This document shows, piece by piece, positions 1 through 9,495 of a stretch of DNA of 64,000 nucleotides. The notes beneath the pieces were generated by a model. The model was not told the DNA's origin. It saw nothing but the letters and a program-made list of their open reading frames with translations, and made no database searches. Made by a program: the position numbers and the translations under genes. This stretch comes from Terriglobales bacterium. GTDB lineage: Bacteria > Acidobacteriota > Terriglobia > Terriglobales > Acidobacteriaceae. The DNA lies in assembly GCA_036378535.1 (NCBI GenBank), contig DASUWH010000046.1:164520-228519 (forward strand), read 5' to 3'. Within the stretch, counting starts at the first letter, position 1; every line of letters begins with the position of its first letter.

Positions 1-110
1 TTGTCGGTCTGGACGGACTGCTTGCCCCAGCCCTCACCGATGCGCTGCATTGGTGGCCACGCAAACGCAAATAAATCGAAATTCCAGAATAACAGCACAA
101 AAAGCGGACG

Positions 111-1235
111 CTAGATTTCTGTGCTGTGCTGGAGTTGCCGCAGCTCGCGCTCAACTTCCCTCTGCTGCTCTTTCCATTGCTGCTGCAGTTTGAGACCCTG
201 CTGCCGGATTTCCTTTTCCATTTTGCGCTGCTGCTCTTTCCATTGTTTCTGTTGGCAAAGACTCTTGCGTGCATCCTCCATGGCGCGGCCGGCTTGCTGT
301 ACCGCAAACTCCATCTGGGGCTGGATCTTCGCCATCTCCGTTGTGAGAGCCTGCAGGTCTACCTTGGCGTCGATATCCGGGAAGTCGAACTCTTCATCTC
401 CGAAGAGTTCGCCTGACTGCTTGCGTTCAGGGATCGTCAAGGTAAGAGTCTGTTCGCGTTTGTCGCGAATGATCCCGATCGCGACAGGCCCGCCGCGATG
501 CATCTGCAGGCTGTGGCCGAAATCGCTGCTGTCATGGACTGGATCCTTATCCACGCGCACAATTACATCCCCGGCACGGAATCCGGCCTTGTCGGCCCGG
601 CTGCCTCTCTCGACCGACCGCACCAGGACGCCGTGGCCTTCTTTCGCTCCGAAATAGTCGCCGAGTTGCGGTGTAAGGTTTTCAACCATTAGCCCGCTGC
701 GCAGCGCCGAATGCACGACCACGACCGAAACCGGTATATCCATGTCAGGCATGGCGGGCATGGTTGGCATCGTAGGCATCTCGAAATGGAAAGACTTGGG
801 ATTCGTCCCCGCCACAAACTTACGTCGTTCTGCCAGTTGCGTTTTGATCGTGAGGGGCTGACCGTTGCGGCTGATGCCCAGCGTGATCACCCGCCCTGAC
901 GGAGTCTCATGGATCATACGACGCAGCTGGGCACCACTGTCGATGCCGGTTCCATTCATGGAGAGGATGACATCATGTTCCTTGATGCCAGCCTTGCCGG
1001 CGGGTGCATCCTGATCGACCATCGTAACTTCCACACCCTGCTCCTTGCTTAGTTTGAGCGCGGAAAGCCGATCGGACGTTACATCGGCAATATCAACTCC
1101 CAAGTAAGCGTTCGTCCCGGACTCCTCACTAGAGTATCCATAGGCCTCGGATGAGTTTTCGTAGATCTGTTCCGGCGCGGCTATGGCTCTCGTCAACGGC
1201 AGCAGCATGATGGCCAATAGACAACAAGTACGCAT
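111..1235 (-). CDS. secreted tandem-PDZ domain protein with C-terminal coiled coil, no protease domain
   Basis: 374-aa ORF with signal peptide MRTCCLLAIMLLPLTRAIAAP. Two PDZ-like segments (GVEVTMVDQDAPAGKAGIKEHDVILSMNG and GVLVRSVERGSRADKAGFRAGDVIVRVD). Q/K/E-rich C-terminus with duplicated QWKEQQR block. SD-like GAGGTGAG upstream of ATG 1235. Confidence 0.7.
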   Translation of the reverse strand: MRTCCLLAIMLLPLTRAIAAPEQIYENSSEAYGYSSEESGTNAYLGVDIADVTSDRLSALKLSKEQGVEVTMVDQDAPAGKAGIKEHDVILSMNGTGIDSGAQLRRMIHETPSGRVITLGISRNGQPLTIKTQLAERRKFVAGTNPKSFHFEMPTMPTMPAMPDMDIPVSVVVVHSALRSGLMVENLTPQLGDYFGAKEGHGVLVRSVERGSRADKAGFRAGDVIVRVDKDPVHDSSDFGHSLQMHRGGPVAIGIIRDKREQTLTLTIPERKQSGELFGDEEFDFPDIDAKVDLQALTTEMAKIQPQMEFAVQQAGRAMEDARKSLCQQKQWKEQQRKMEKEIRQQGLKLQQQWKEQQREVERELRQLQHSTEI

Positions 1236-1358
1236 GGTCTCACCTCTAAACAGGTTCTCAATTCTCAGGCAAACTTTGCGTAATCTTCTTGATTTCTCCG
1301 TGACTTCTTCGACCCGGTTCCGCAGCGACAGGCTGATGACTGGGAACCAGGATCTGCT

Positions 1359-2546
1359 TTACTGCGCACGCAGAATTCGGATATCGCCCGTCGCCGTACT
1401 CAGCTTCAAGGTGGGACCGCCGCCATTGAGATTGCCTTCGGCGGAGATTGTCTTCGGTCCCCAATCTCCTCCTTCGCTAACGATCCGAATATCGCCAAAG
1501 TCCGAATGAATGTTATGGCCATTTGCCATGTCAATGCTGGCTCGAATGGTCAAGTGCAGGTCAGAAGAAATGTAAACAGTAATGTCGCCTGCGGAGGTTT
1601 CCAGCGAAGAATCGCCTTTCTCGCTCGACGAAATAAACTTCGCAACGATGCCGCCGGCACCAGTTTCAGCGCGAGCCGAACCGACGCCGTTCAGTTCGAT
1701 CCGTCCTGCGCCAGTTTCGGCGCGTACCGAAGACTTGGATGAAGCCAGCCGGATACTTCCGCCCCCAGTCTCCATCTCCACCGGGCCAGCGATATCGCCG
1801 AGATCGATGTTCCCACCGCCGGTCGAGACTTTTACCCTACCCGTGCACTGTTTCACCTGAATATTGCCGCCGCCGGATTCCAGCACTGCGCCTTGCAGGC
1901 CGGAAACGATGACCATGTCGCCTCCTCCCGTGGAGGCAGAGATTTTTCCCTTAACTGCACGAACGGAGATTTTGCCACCGCCGGTCTCGAGGTGAACATC
2001 GCCGCCGACAGTGCCTACGTCAATGGCATCGCCGCCGGTCTGTGCATCCACCGAGCCGCCAATGTCATCCACCTGAATGCTGCCGCCGCCGGTTTCGGCG
2101 TGAACGCGGCCGGAGATCGCATTCACGACGACGTTGCCGCCTTCGGTTTCAATGCGCACGGAAGCGATATCGCGGGGAACGTTCACCACGAATTCGCCCG
2201 AACAACGGTTACGCGACCCGTCCTCGTCTTCCGCAGTCAGATAGGCAGTATCGCCGCGAACGTTGCTGTATACCTTGAGCGATTGCAGCTGGCGGCGCGC
2301 TTTTTCTTCCGAGGGGGAGTATGCCATGCTATGAAAAATGTAGGTGATGCCTTGCTGTGAGCCGCCCTGTACTCGAACTGAGCCAAACTGTGTCTTGATC
2401 TGAAGATTTCGAGCAGCTGGAATTGATCCGCTGCTGTCCTGGGACCAGTTACCTCGCTGGTTGGAGATACGGCCCTGCGCCCGGGCCGCGCTAGCCAGGG
2501 ACATCAAGACCAGAAACATCCCGGCGAATTTTGAGAGTTGCTTCAC
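1359..2546 (-). CDS. DUF4097-type beta-helical repeat protein (LiaG/YvlB-like putative adhesin fold)
   Basis: 395-aa ORF with signal peptide MKQLSKFAGMFLVLMSLASAARA. More than 10 degenerate repeats of the form (T/S)GGG(D/N/S)I.V. Same strand and immediately downstream of the sigma/anti-sigma pair. Confidence 0.7.
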   Translation of the reverse strand: MKQLSKFAGMFLVLMSLASAARAQGRISNQRGNWSQDSSGSIPAARNLQIKTQFGSVRVQGGSQQGITYIFHSMAYSPSEEKARRQLQSLKVYSNVRGDTAYLTAEDEDGSRNRCSGEFVVNVPRDIASVRIETEGGNVVVNAISGRVHAETGGGSIQVDDIGGSVDAQTGGDAIDVGTVGGDVHLETGGGKISVRAVKGKISASTGGGDMVIVSGLQGAVLESGGGNIQVKQCTGRVKVSTGGGNIDLGDIAGPVEMETGGGSIRLASSKSSVRAETGAGRIELNGVGSARAETGAGGIVAKFISSSEKGDSSLETSAGDITVYISSDLHLTIRASIDMANGHNIHSDFGDIRIVSEGGDWGPKTISAEGNLNGGGPTLKLSTATGDIRILRAQ

Positions 2547-2694
2547 GATAGTGTCCTCGTTTTCGTCTTACCTCCTGGCCAGAGCCTGGGTTGGTACGAC
2601 CTTAATCCCGACGCGTACTGATTGCGTTCTCACTCACGCGGCCTTCTTGTATTCGCCCTTGCGTACTTGGCACGGCCGAACCCTGCGGACCGCG

Positions 2695-3630
2695 CTAGTC
2701 AATCTCCGGCAATTGCGCCAGCATGTTGCGAGCCTGCGACCGGATGTACTGATTCTTGTCGTTCTGAGACAGTTGCGTGAGCACACTCCGAACACTGCTG
2801 TCCGCCGTGACCGGGCTCAGGAGTTGCAATGCCTGCGTGCGCACACCCGAATTCGAATCATTCATCAAGGCTTCGAGAATGGCGTCCCGCACGCGCGTGT
2901 CACTCTTCACGTAAGTGCTCAACCCCTGCAACGCTTTCAGGCGCACGCCCGGGTTGGAATCGTAGCGCAGCGCATAGATCAGCGCCTCGCGCACGTGCGC
3001 GTCATTGGGCGTCTGGGTCAGCAGGTCCACCGAGTCCATGCGAACGCCGGAGTTGTAATTGTTGCGCGCCGCGAACAACAAGAGTTGCTGAATGCGCTGG
3101 TCGTTCACGGAACCTTCCACGTTCTCAGTATGAGTCGTGTCGTACTTGATGGTGACTTTATCGCTGCCAGGTTCCTGAACAATGGAGTGGATACCGGTAA
3201 TGCTGGCTTGGGTGGGAGCTGGAGAGGTTGAATCTGCGATGGGTACCGAACCGTGGTTGCTGACGATTGAGTAGGTGGCGCCAATCCCGCCGGCAAAGCC
3301 GACCATCAGAAGAGCTGCGGCCAAAGCGGGCGAGAATCGCATCTGGCGCAGCCAAGCCCAAGGATCAAACGTAAGCCGCTGCCACAATCCGCCCTGCTCG
3401 GCTGTTTCCAGCGCCTCCTGCAAGCGCATTCGCGATGAAGCAAGGAGATTCGGAGAAGGTTCCTCCACCGGCAAAGTGGAAAGCGTCACATGAAACTTGC
3501 GAACTGCCTTCAGCTCGGCTGTGCACTCAGGACATCGTCCGAGGTGCTGTTCCAATTCATAGCGGGCGTCATCGGCCAGCTCGTTATAGACAAAGAGAAC
3601 AATGTTCTCGCGTACCCATTCGCACTTCAT
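2695..3630 (-). CDS. membrane anti-sigma factor (zf-HC2 N-terminus, one TM helix, HEAT-repeat C-terminal domain)
   Basis: N-terminal HLGRCPECTAELKAVRKFH zinc-finger motif. TM segment FSPALAAALLMVGFAGGIGATYSIV. Repeated D(S/T)N(P/S)GVR...AL..L units (NPGVRLKALQGL, NSGVRTQALQLL). Sits directly downstream of the ECF sigma gene. Confidence 0.7.
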   Translation of the reverse strand: MKCEWVRENIVLFVYNELADDARYELEQHLGRCPECTAELKAVRKFHVTLSTLPVEEPSPNLLASSRMRLQEALETAEQGGLWQRLTFDPWAWLRQMRFSPALAAALLMVGFAGGIGATYSIVSNHGSVPIADSTSPAPTQASITGIHSIVQEPGSDKVTIKYDTTHTENVEGSVNDQRIQQLLLFAARNNYNSGVRMDSVDLLTQTPNDAHVREALIYALRYDSNPGVRLKALQGLSTYVKSDTRVRDAILEALMNDSNSGVRTQALQLLSPVTADSSVRSVLTQLSQNDKNQYIRSQARNMLAQLPEID

Positions 3631-3786
3631 AATTGCACCCCCTCGACGGGGTTATAGCCTTTCATAGAATCTCTGTTGCCCACGTCTCGCTTTGCTTAGC
3701 TGGACTGCCGAAACGGCTGTTCCTGCGTGAAAGGATCCGGGCCCCTACGCGAGCCGCGACCGTCCACGAAAATCCCTGGCGGCTAT

Positions 3787-4488
3787 TCATCGCATATCCG
3801 CCAGCGCTCCTCGCAACTTCTGGGTAGCGCGGAAAAGTGTATTCTTGGCCGTCTCTTCTGTCGTGTTCAAAATCTCGCCCACGGTCCGCAATTTCAACCC
3901 CTGGTAATGCTTCAGTTCGAACACCATGCGCTCGCGCGGAGTCAGTTTCTCCAGGGCGCGGTTAATACGGGACCCGAGTTCCCGAGCCATGAGGTCGCGC
4001 TCCGGATTGGCCGCCGCACGTCCATCCGGCACCTGGCTGAGCACATCGAACTCGTCTCCGCTCTGGTCGGTGGCAACCGGAGAATCTTCCTTGCGGACAT
4101 TTCTTTTGCGTATGTGATCGAGACAAATATTAGTGACGATGCGATAGATCCAGGTATAAAACGAACACTCGAAGCGAAAGTTGCCGATACTCTTATAGGC
4201 TTTGAGGAACGCTTCCTGATAAACGTCCTGCGCGTCGGTTTGCGACCCGGTGAGGTGAATCGCAAGCCGCAGGACCGCCCCATCATAGTTGCGCACTAAT
4301 TCCTCGAAGGCTGCGCGATTGCCGCGCTGCGCCTCGCGAACCAGCATCGTGTCGTCGATTCGCCCTGTCGTGTGCCCAGCCCTTCGCCCCCGGTCTATGG
4401 GGTTCTGGGTATCGCTGCCTTGTGCCCGTCGATCTGCTGCACCCGAATTGGAGTAGCCAATGGGTAAAACCCACGCATCGGCCGGCAT
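3787..4488 (-). CDS. ECF-type RNA polymerase sigma-70 family factor
   Basis: Region 2 and region 4 motifs (AAFEELVRNYDGAVLRLAIHLTG, DVYQEAFLKAYK, LTPRERMVFELKHYQGLKLRTVGEILNTTEETAKNTLFRATQKLR). ATG 4488 has GAGGAAG about 12 nt upstream. An internal ATG at 4347 (MLVREAQRG) is an alternative start. Confidence 0.85.
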   Translation of the reverse strand: MPADAWVLPIGYSNSGAADRRAQGSDTQNPIDRGRRAGHTTGRIDDTMLVREAQRGNRAAFEELVRNYDGAVLRLAIHLTGSQTDAQDVYQEAFLKAYKSIGNFRFECSFYTWIYRIVTNICLDHIRKRNVRKEDSPVATDQSGDEFDVLSQVPDGRAAANPERDLMARELGSRINRALEKLTPRERMVFELKHYQGLKLRTVGEILNTTEETAKNTLFRATQKLRGALADMR

Positions 4489-4619
4489 CGTCGTCGTCTC
4501 TTCCTCGCAAACCTACCTGCCCAGCCTTACTCTCCGGTTTGCATAGGTTTGGACGTGGCAGCCGCAGAGATGTGAGCAAGATTATAGGGGTTTGTAGCTG
4601 AAATCGGCGACAGTAAGTT

Positions 4620-4648
4620 ATTGGAAGGCCGTACCTTAGCCCAGTTCC
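4620..4648 (-). promoter_or_regulatory. candidate ECF-type autoregulatory promoter (GGAACT-N17-TCCAAT)
   Basis: Minus strand reads GGAACTGGGCTAAGGTACGGCCTTCCAAT about 135 nt upstream of the sigma start. It resembles the RpoE-type GGAAC(T) -35 and TC.AA -10 pattern. Sequence match only. Confidence 0.3.
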
Positions 4649-4792
4649 AGAATGGGAAAAAGCTGGTTTGCACTGATCTCGGTGCAGTGAAATGCTCTTG
4701 GGCCCTTTGCCTGCGCCGGGGCAGGCCTTAGACGCGGTCATCGTTATACCAGCCCCTCGCTACGCTCGGGTGGACGGCCGAGGCGGCCGTCG

Positions 4793-5500
4793 CTACGTGA
4801 GCTTCGGCCTTACGCCGAAAATGGCCGTTCCCAGTCGTACGCAGGTCGACCCCTCCTCAATGGCAACTTCGAAGTCATGAGACATGCCCATCGAAAGAAC
4901 CTCCATGCTGATGGACGGCAGCTTCCGCGTGGCGACTTGGTCGCGCAACTCGCGAAGCCGTCGAAAAAAGGGTCGTGCTGACCGGGGATCGTCATTTAAC
5001 GGGGGCACGGTCATCAAACCCCGAACTTCGAGATTGGTCCACTGAGGCGCAGCTTCGAGTAGCTGCCAGAGTTCCTCCGACTCAGGATCCACACCGCTCT
5101 TGGCAGCCTCGCCTCCGACGTTGATCTCTATAAGGACCTGCAGCTTTTTGCCGCGCCCACCGGCAGCAGCATTCAACCTTTCCGCCAGCCGTAAGGAATC
5201 GACCGAGTCCACGGCGGCGAATAACTCGACCGCCTTGCTGGCCTTGTTGCTTTGCAGGTGTCCGATCATGTGCCACTCGGCGTCAGCCAGGTCCCCCAGT
5301 TGACCGACCTTGGCCGCGTACTCCTGGACCCGGTTCTCGCCGAATAGTCGAAGCCCGGCTTTATAAGCTTCACGGATTTGCTTCGGCCCGAAGGTCTTTG
5401 TGACCGCCATCAGCCTGATCTCTTCGGCTTCGCGTCCCGCCTTCGCCGCTACGTCAGCAATCCTATGTTTTATGAGCGCAATGTTTTCTTTCACAGACAT
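4793..5500 (-). CDS. yggS: YggS-family pyridoxal-phosphate homeostasis protein
   Basis: MSVKENIALIKHRIADVAAKAGREAEEIRLMAVTKT (PLP lysine context), then GLRLFGENRVQE and HMIGHLQSNK. The 43-aa N-terminal extension of the raw ORF is Arg/Cys-rich and unlike the family, so the start is set at ATG 5500. Confidence 0.85.
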   Translation of the reverse strand: MSVKENIALIKHRIADVAAKAGREAEEIRLMAVTKTFGPKQIREAYKAGLRLFGENRVQEYAAKVGQLGDLADAEWHMIGHLQSNKASKAVELFAAVDSVDSLRLAERLNAAAGGRGKKLQVLIEINVGGEAAKSGVDPESEELWQLLEAAPQWTNLEVRGLMTVPPLNDDPRSARPFFRRLRELRDQVATRKLPSISMEVLSMGMSHDFEVAIEEGSTCVRLGTAIFGVRPKLT

Positions 5501-5582
5501 AGAAGGCGAACCACAGGCACACAGAGGTTCACAGGTCAATCTCCTGTGTTCCTCTGTGCCGTCTGTGGTTAATGTAGCGCGG

Positions 5583-7637
5583 TCACATAATCGCCGTCGG
5601 CGGAGCGGGGTCTTCCGGCCGACCGGCATTGGCCAGTGGAACTTTGATCATGATGGCGATCAGGACAGCCAGTCCGATCAGCCCGGAGAACCAGAGGTCG
5701 CCAACCGAAATATGCCAAAGCTTGTGATTGCTGCCGACAATCGCGGCAATGACTAGTCCACAGAGCGCCTCACCGGCGATCAAACCTGAAGCCGTCAGCA
5801 CCCCGGCGTTGTCGACGCGGGCTTTTTGAGCGTCGTTGAACCCCCGCCGGTCACGCATTTTGTCGGTCACCCAGCGCACAATTCCACCAACGAATATTGC
5901 GGAAGTCGTTTCCAGCGGCAAATACATGCCGACGGAGAACAGCATGGGACTCTTCACTTCCACCATGATCATGGCGAAACCCATCAAGATTCCCACTACC
6001 ACTAACGGCCAAGCCATGTTGCCGCCGACAATGCCTTGGGCCAGCATGGCCATCAACCCGGCCTGGGGTGCGGGTAGAGCGGCGCTGCCGAAGTGGTAGG
6101 CCTTATCTAGAATCATGAGCGGGAAGAACAAGACCAGAGAGGCGACAATCGTGCCGAAGATATCGCCGATCTGCATCTTGGAAGGAGTTCCGCCCAGGAT
6201 GTGACCGGCTTTCAAATCCTGAAGCATCTCGCCAGCGACCGCCGAGGAGACGCAAACCACGGCGGCCACCCCCAAGACCGCGGCCACACCGCCAATGCCG
6301 GAGACTCCCAGCGCGACCATCAGCAGGGCGGCGACGACCAGAGTGCAAAGCGTAAGTCCGGAAACCGGGTTGTTAGACGAGCCGATCATTCCAACCAGAT
6401 TTCCGGAAACTGCGGCGAAAAAGAATCCCAGAACCACCATCACGACGGCTGCAACCACGGCACCTGCGATGACTTTATTGCTGCTTAGATTATGTGCTCC
6501 GGAAATGAAGTAATAGTACAAGCCGATCATCGCCAGGAAAACGATTCCGACTCCCAGGAACACCGCTTTAATGCTCAGGTCGCGATCGAATCGTTCCGTG
6601 GCCGCATGCGCCTCAGCAGATTTTTTCAAATCTGAGACCGCGCGTTTCATTCCTAACGCCAATTGCCGCCGCATGCGGAACAGAGTGAAGCCTGAACCCA
6701 CGAGCATGCCGCCGACCGCGATTGGGCGCACAATGGAAAACCACACGCTGAAAGCAATGCCGCTCCAGTACTGGGCTGGCGAAGCACCGGCGGGCATAGG
6801 CGGCAAACTTGGTCCGAGAAAGTAAATAAGGAGCGGAACCAGCAGCCCCCAGGCGAGCACGCCGCCGGCGAAGTTCAGGGCTGCCAATCGAGGACCGATG
6901 ATGTAGCCGACTCCGAGGTAAGCGGGACTGACCGCGGGCGTCGTAAAGGTGCTCATCCCCCCCGTGGAGAGAATAGGCGCGCTAGCACTCCGCCCCAGAC
7001 GTAAGCCTGCCGGCATCTTGGGAATGTTGACGACGATCTCGCGGGTGTACCAGAAAAGATTTATTTGGGAGAGGAAATAAAGAACTGCGCCGCCACCCAT
7101 GTTGGCAAAAAGAATCTTGGCGGATCGTGCTCCCTGTTGACCGGCCTTGTGGATTTCCGACGCGGCAACCGACTCGGGAAAGGGAAGTTCCGGATCCTCG
7201 ACCATCACCCGCCGCAGCAGGGTCACGAAGAGAATGCCTAGTAAGCCTCCGATCACCATGAGGGCGACTGACTGCCAGTACCTCTCCATGCCGAGGCTTG
7301 GCCACAGGCCGGCGAGAACGAACGCCGGAATTGTGAACACTGCGCCTGCCGCCACGGACTCGCCAATCGCTCCCACGGTTCGGGCGATGTTTTCTTCCAG
7401 GATAGAGCCCTTCATCAGCCGCAGGACGGCCATGCCAATGACTGCCGCGGGATAAGTAGCGGCAATGGTCATTCCAGCGCGCAAACCCAGGTATGCGTTG
7501 GCTGCGCCCAGTATTCCTGTCATCAGCATGCCCAGGAGCACGGCGCGGAAGGTGAACTCCTTCATCTCCATGGTGGCGGGCACGAAGGGCTGATGCTTTC
7601 TTACCGTCGGCGCAGGGGGTAGTGTTTGCGTGCTCAT
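5583..7637 (-). CDS. OPT-family oligopeptide transporter
   Basis: About 685 aa, polytopic (about 16 hydrophobic segments). Typical OPT blocks (GLRAGMTIAATYPAAV, GEMLQDLKAGHILGGTP, IAGEAL). Start set at MSTQTLPP (ATG 7637) because the longer ORF runs into a dispersed repeat. Confidence 0.85.
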   Translation of the reverse strand: MSTQTLPPAPTVRKHQPFVPATMEMKEFTFRAVLLGMLMTGILGAANAYLGLRAGMTIAATYPAAVIGMAVLRLMKGSILEENIARTVGAIGESVAAGAVFTIPAFVLAGLWPSLGMERYWQSVALMVIGGLLGILFVTLLRRVMVEDPELPFPESVAASEIHKAGQQGARSAKILFANMGGGAVLYFLSQINLFWYTREIVVNIPKMPAGLRLGRSASAPILSTGGMSTFTTPAVSPAYLGVGYIIGPRLAALNFAGGVLAWGLLVPLLIYFLGPSLPPMPAGASPAQYWSGIAFSVWFSIVRPIAVGGMLVGSGFTLFRMRRQLALGMKRAVSDLKKSAEAHAATERFDRDLSIKAVFLGVGIVFLAMIGLYYYFISGAHNLSSNKVIAGAVVAAVVMVVLGFFFAAVSGNLVGMIGSSNNPVSGLTLCTLVVAALLMVALGVSGIGGVAAVLGVAAVVCVSSAVAGEMLQDLKAGHILGGTPSKMQIGDIFGTIVASLVLFFPLMILDKAYHFGSAALPAPQAGLMAMLAQGIVGGNMAWPLVVVGILMGFAMIMVEVKSPMLFSVGMYLPLETTSAIFVGGIVRWVTDKMRDRRGFNDAQKARVDNAGVLTASGLIAGEALCGLVIAAIVGSNHKLWHISVGDLWFSGLIGLAVLIAIMIKVPLANAGRPEDPAPPTAIM

Positions 7638-7731
7638 CGGCAGGGACCTCTCAAACAACGGGATGACAGCGAAATATATGAGACGGCGCACGTTACCACG
7701 CGCATAGACCGGATTACAAGTACAGCAAACC

Positions 7732-7768
7732 CAAGGTCCCTCCACTTCGCTTCGGTCGGGATGACAGA
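7732..7768 (+). repeat. dispersed intergenic repeat, family 1 (AAGGTCCCTC..CTTCGCT.CGGGATGACAG)
   Basis: aaggtccctccacttcgcttcggtcgggatgacagag. Related copies at 35614-35643, 35669-35693, 36553-36582, 38871-38935, 40046-40100 and 58483-58527. Confidence 0.8.
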
Positions 7769-7825
7769 GTGCTGTTTAACCGAAAGCCGGTGCCCTCCCC
7801 TGCACTATCGTGATCTCTGGGTTCG

Positions 7826-8839
7826 TTGCGCCGCTCAGGAAGCGCAGCTATACTGAATGAGATGCGTCCGGCTTGCGCCGGCAGAAGGCGCGGCCGTTCC
7901 GGGAGGGTCGTCTTCAGCAGTAGCAGGGACCTTGAGCGAACCCGGTTTGCCGCCGGCATTTCCAGAGTTGAGGCCGTTGTAGTCTCATGCCTGACAGGGG
8001 CGGCCGAAAGCTTGTTTGCCACCCTCTTTCCTGCCGATTGTCGTCTGTGCGGAACACCCCTGATCCGAATTTCCCGTCTTCCTGTTTGTGAAGACTGTCT
8101 GTCCACCGTCCGCCCCATTACTGGTGGAATTTGTACGATATGCGGTGAAAGGATACCTTCTCCCTTCGCCACCATCGACACGCACGCTGAACCGCTTTGT
8201 GGGCTTTGCCGTCGTTTGAAACCCGTCTACATCAAGGCGGCCGCCTATGGCAGCTACGAAGGTGGACTGCGCGAGCTCCTCCATCTGCTCAAGTATGAAC
8301 ATGTGCGACCGGCGGCTAATGTCCTCGGGCGAATGCTGGCCGAAGTCATAACCCGGCTAGCTCCCGAGTTCGGCTCGCAGCCGCCGCTGCTGATTCCGGT
8401 TCCTCTGCACCAGCGCAAGTTTCACGAACGCGGCTTTAACCAGTCCGAGCTGATTGCACAGGCTGCGTTGAAACTCAAACCTGCCGGGCTGGAACTACGC
8501 CTTGCCAACGGGGTCCTGAAGCGCACCCGGGCCACGCTATCGCAAACTGGGCTGAGCAGCCATCAACGGCGCGAAAACATGCGCGGCGCTTTTGTCGCGG
8601 AGAAGCCGGCGGAGGTCGCCGGGCGGGATGTGTTGCTGGTTGATGACGTATTCACCACCGGGACTACGGTTTCCGAATGTGCCCGCCTGCTGCGCCGTGC
8701 AGGTGCTACCCGGGTTTGGGTAGCTACGGTGGCACGGACCCTTAAGGCCGAAGCAAGGGGCGTGCAGATGGCATCCCATGAAGAGGAAGATGAACTTGCG
8801 GCCCCTGCCTCTATGGCTGCCCAGGTCGGGAAGATGTGA
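7826..8839 (+). CDS. comF: ComF-family phosphoribosyltransferase-domain protein
   Basis: Double zinc-ribbon ([13 protein letters not shown] and [14 protein letters not shown]) followed by PRTase motif [16 protein letters not shown]. The Arg-rich first ~60 residues are doubtful. The true start is probably internal (ATG 7862 or TTG 8012 giving [14 protein letters not shown]). Confidence 0.75.
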   Translation: MRRSGSAAILNEMRPACAGRRRGRSGRVVFSSSRDLERTRFAAGISRVEAVVVSCLTGAAESLFATLFPADCRLCGTPLIRISRLPVCEDCLSTVRPITGGICTICGERIPSPFATIDTHAEPLCGLCRRLKPVYIKAAAYGSYEGGLRELLHLLKYEHVRPAANVLGRMLAEVITRLAPEFGSQPPLLIPVPLHQRKFHERGFNQSELIAQAALKLKPAGLELRLANGVLKRTRATLSQTGLSSHQRRENMRGAFVAEKPAEVAGRDVLLVDDVFTTGTTVSECARLLRRAGATRVWVATVARTLKAEARGVQMASHEEEDELAAPASMAAQVGKM

Positions 8840-9444
8840 TGTCTGGAAAAATCAACAGCTCGATGAACCAGGCCCGGCGCATGCACGCGGACATGCCCCC
8901 CTCGTTATTGCCGCACGAGGACAACTACTCGTCGCTGCACGCGCCCGTGTTGGTTCTGAATGCCTCCTACGAGCCGATCAACGTTTGCGCGGCGCGCCGC
9001 GCCATTGTGCTCGTGCTGAAAGGCATCGCCATGGCCGAAGAGGAGAATGGCCACTATCTGCACGCTGCCAGGCTGGCGTTCCGCATTCCTTCGGTAATCC
9101 GCCTTCTGGAATACCGCCGCATTCCGCACCAGAGCCGTGCCCTGTCGCGGAAGAATATTCTGCTCCGCGACCGCAACACTTGCCAGTACTGCGCAGAAGT
9201 GCTGCCGTCGAGCGAATTAACACTCGACCATGTTGTTCCTCGTTCTCGCGGCGGAGCGTCGACCTGGGAAAATCTAGTTGCTTGTTGTCACCCCTGCAAT
9301 CGCCGCAAAGGCAATCAATTCCCCACCGAAGCCGGCATGCACCTGATGCGTGAGCCGCGCGCCTTCAACCTCCACACCAGCCGCCACATCATGCGCTTGA
9401 TGGGCCGCTCGGACGATAAGTGGAGGAAGTATCTGTTTTATTGA
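8836..9444 (+). CDS. HNH endonuclease-domain protein
   Basis: [45 protein letters not shown] is a complete HNH/zinc motif. N-terminal [24 protein letters not shown] domain. The start (GTG 8836 or ATG 8839) overlaps the comF stop (ATGTGATG). Confidence 0.8.
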   Translation: MMSGKINSSMNQARRMHADMPPSLLPHEDNYSSLHAPVLVLNASYEPINVCAARRAIVLVLKGIAMAEEENGHYLHAARLAFRIPSVIRLLEYRRIPHQSRALSRKNILLRDRNTCQYCAEVLPSSELTLDHVVPRSRGGASTWENLVACCHPCNRRKGNQFPTEAGMHLMREPRAFNLHTSRHIMRLMGRSDDKWRKYLFY

Positions 9445-9495
9445 GGTTTCAAAGTTTCAAAGAACCGAGTGGGTGAGGATGGCGCTGGTGGGTCT

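Noticed and set aside
1-110. Possible gene end or start at the left edge. Plus frame 3 reads ..VGLDGLLAPALTDALHWWPRKRK* and ends at 74. A minus-strand ATG at 50 could instead start a gene that leaves the window.
   Set aside because: The sequence is too short to distinguish the two options, and there is no RBS or motif. It is not annotated.
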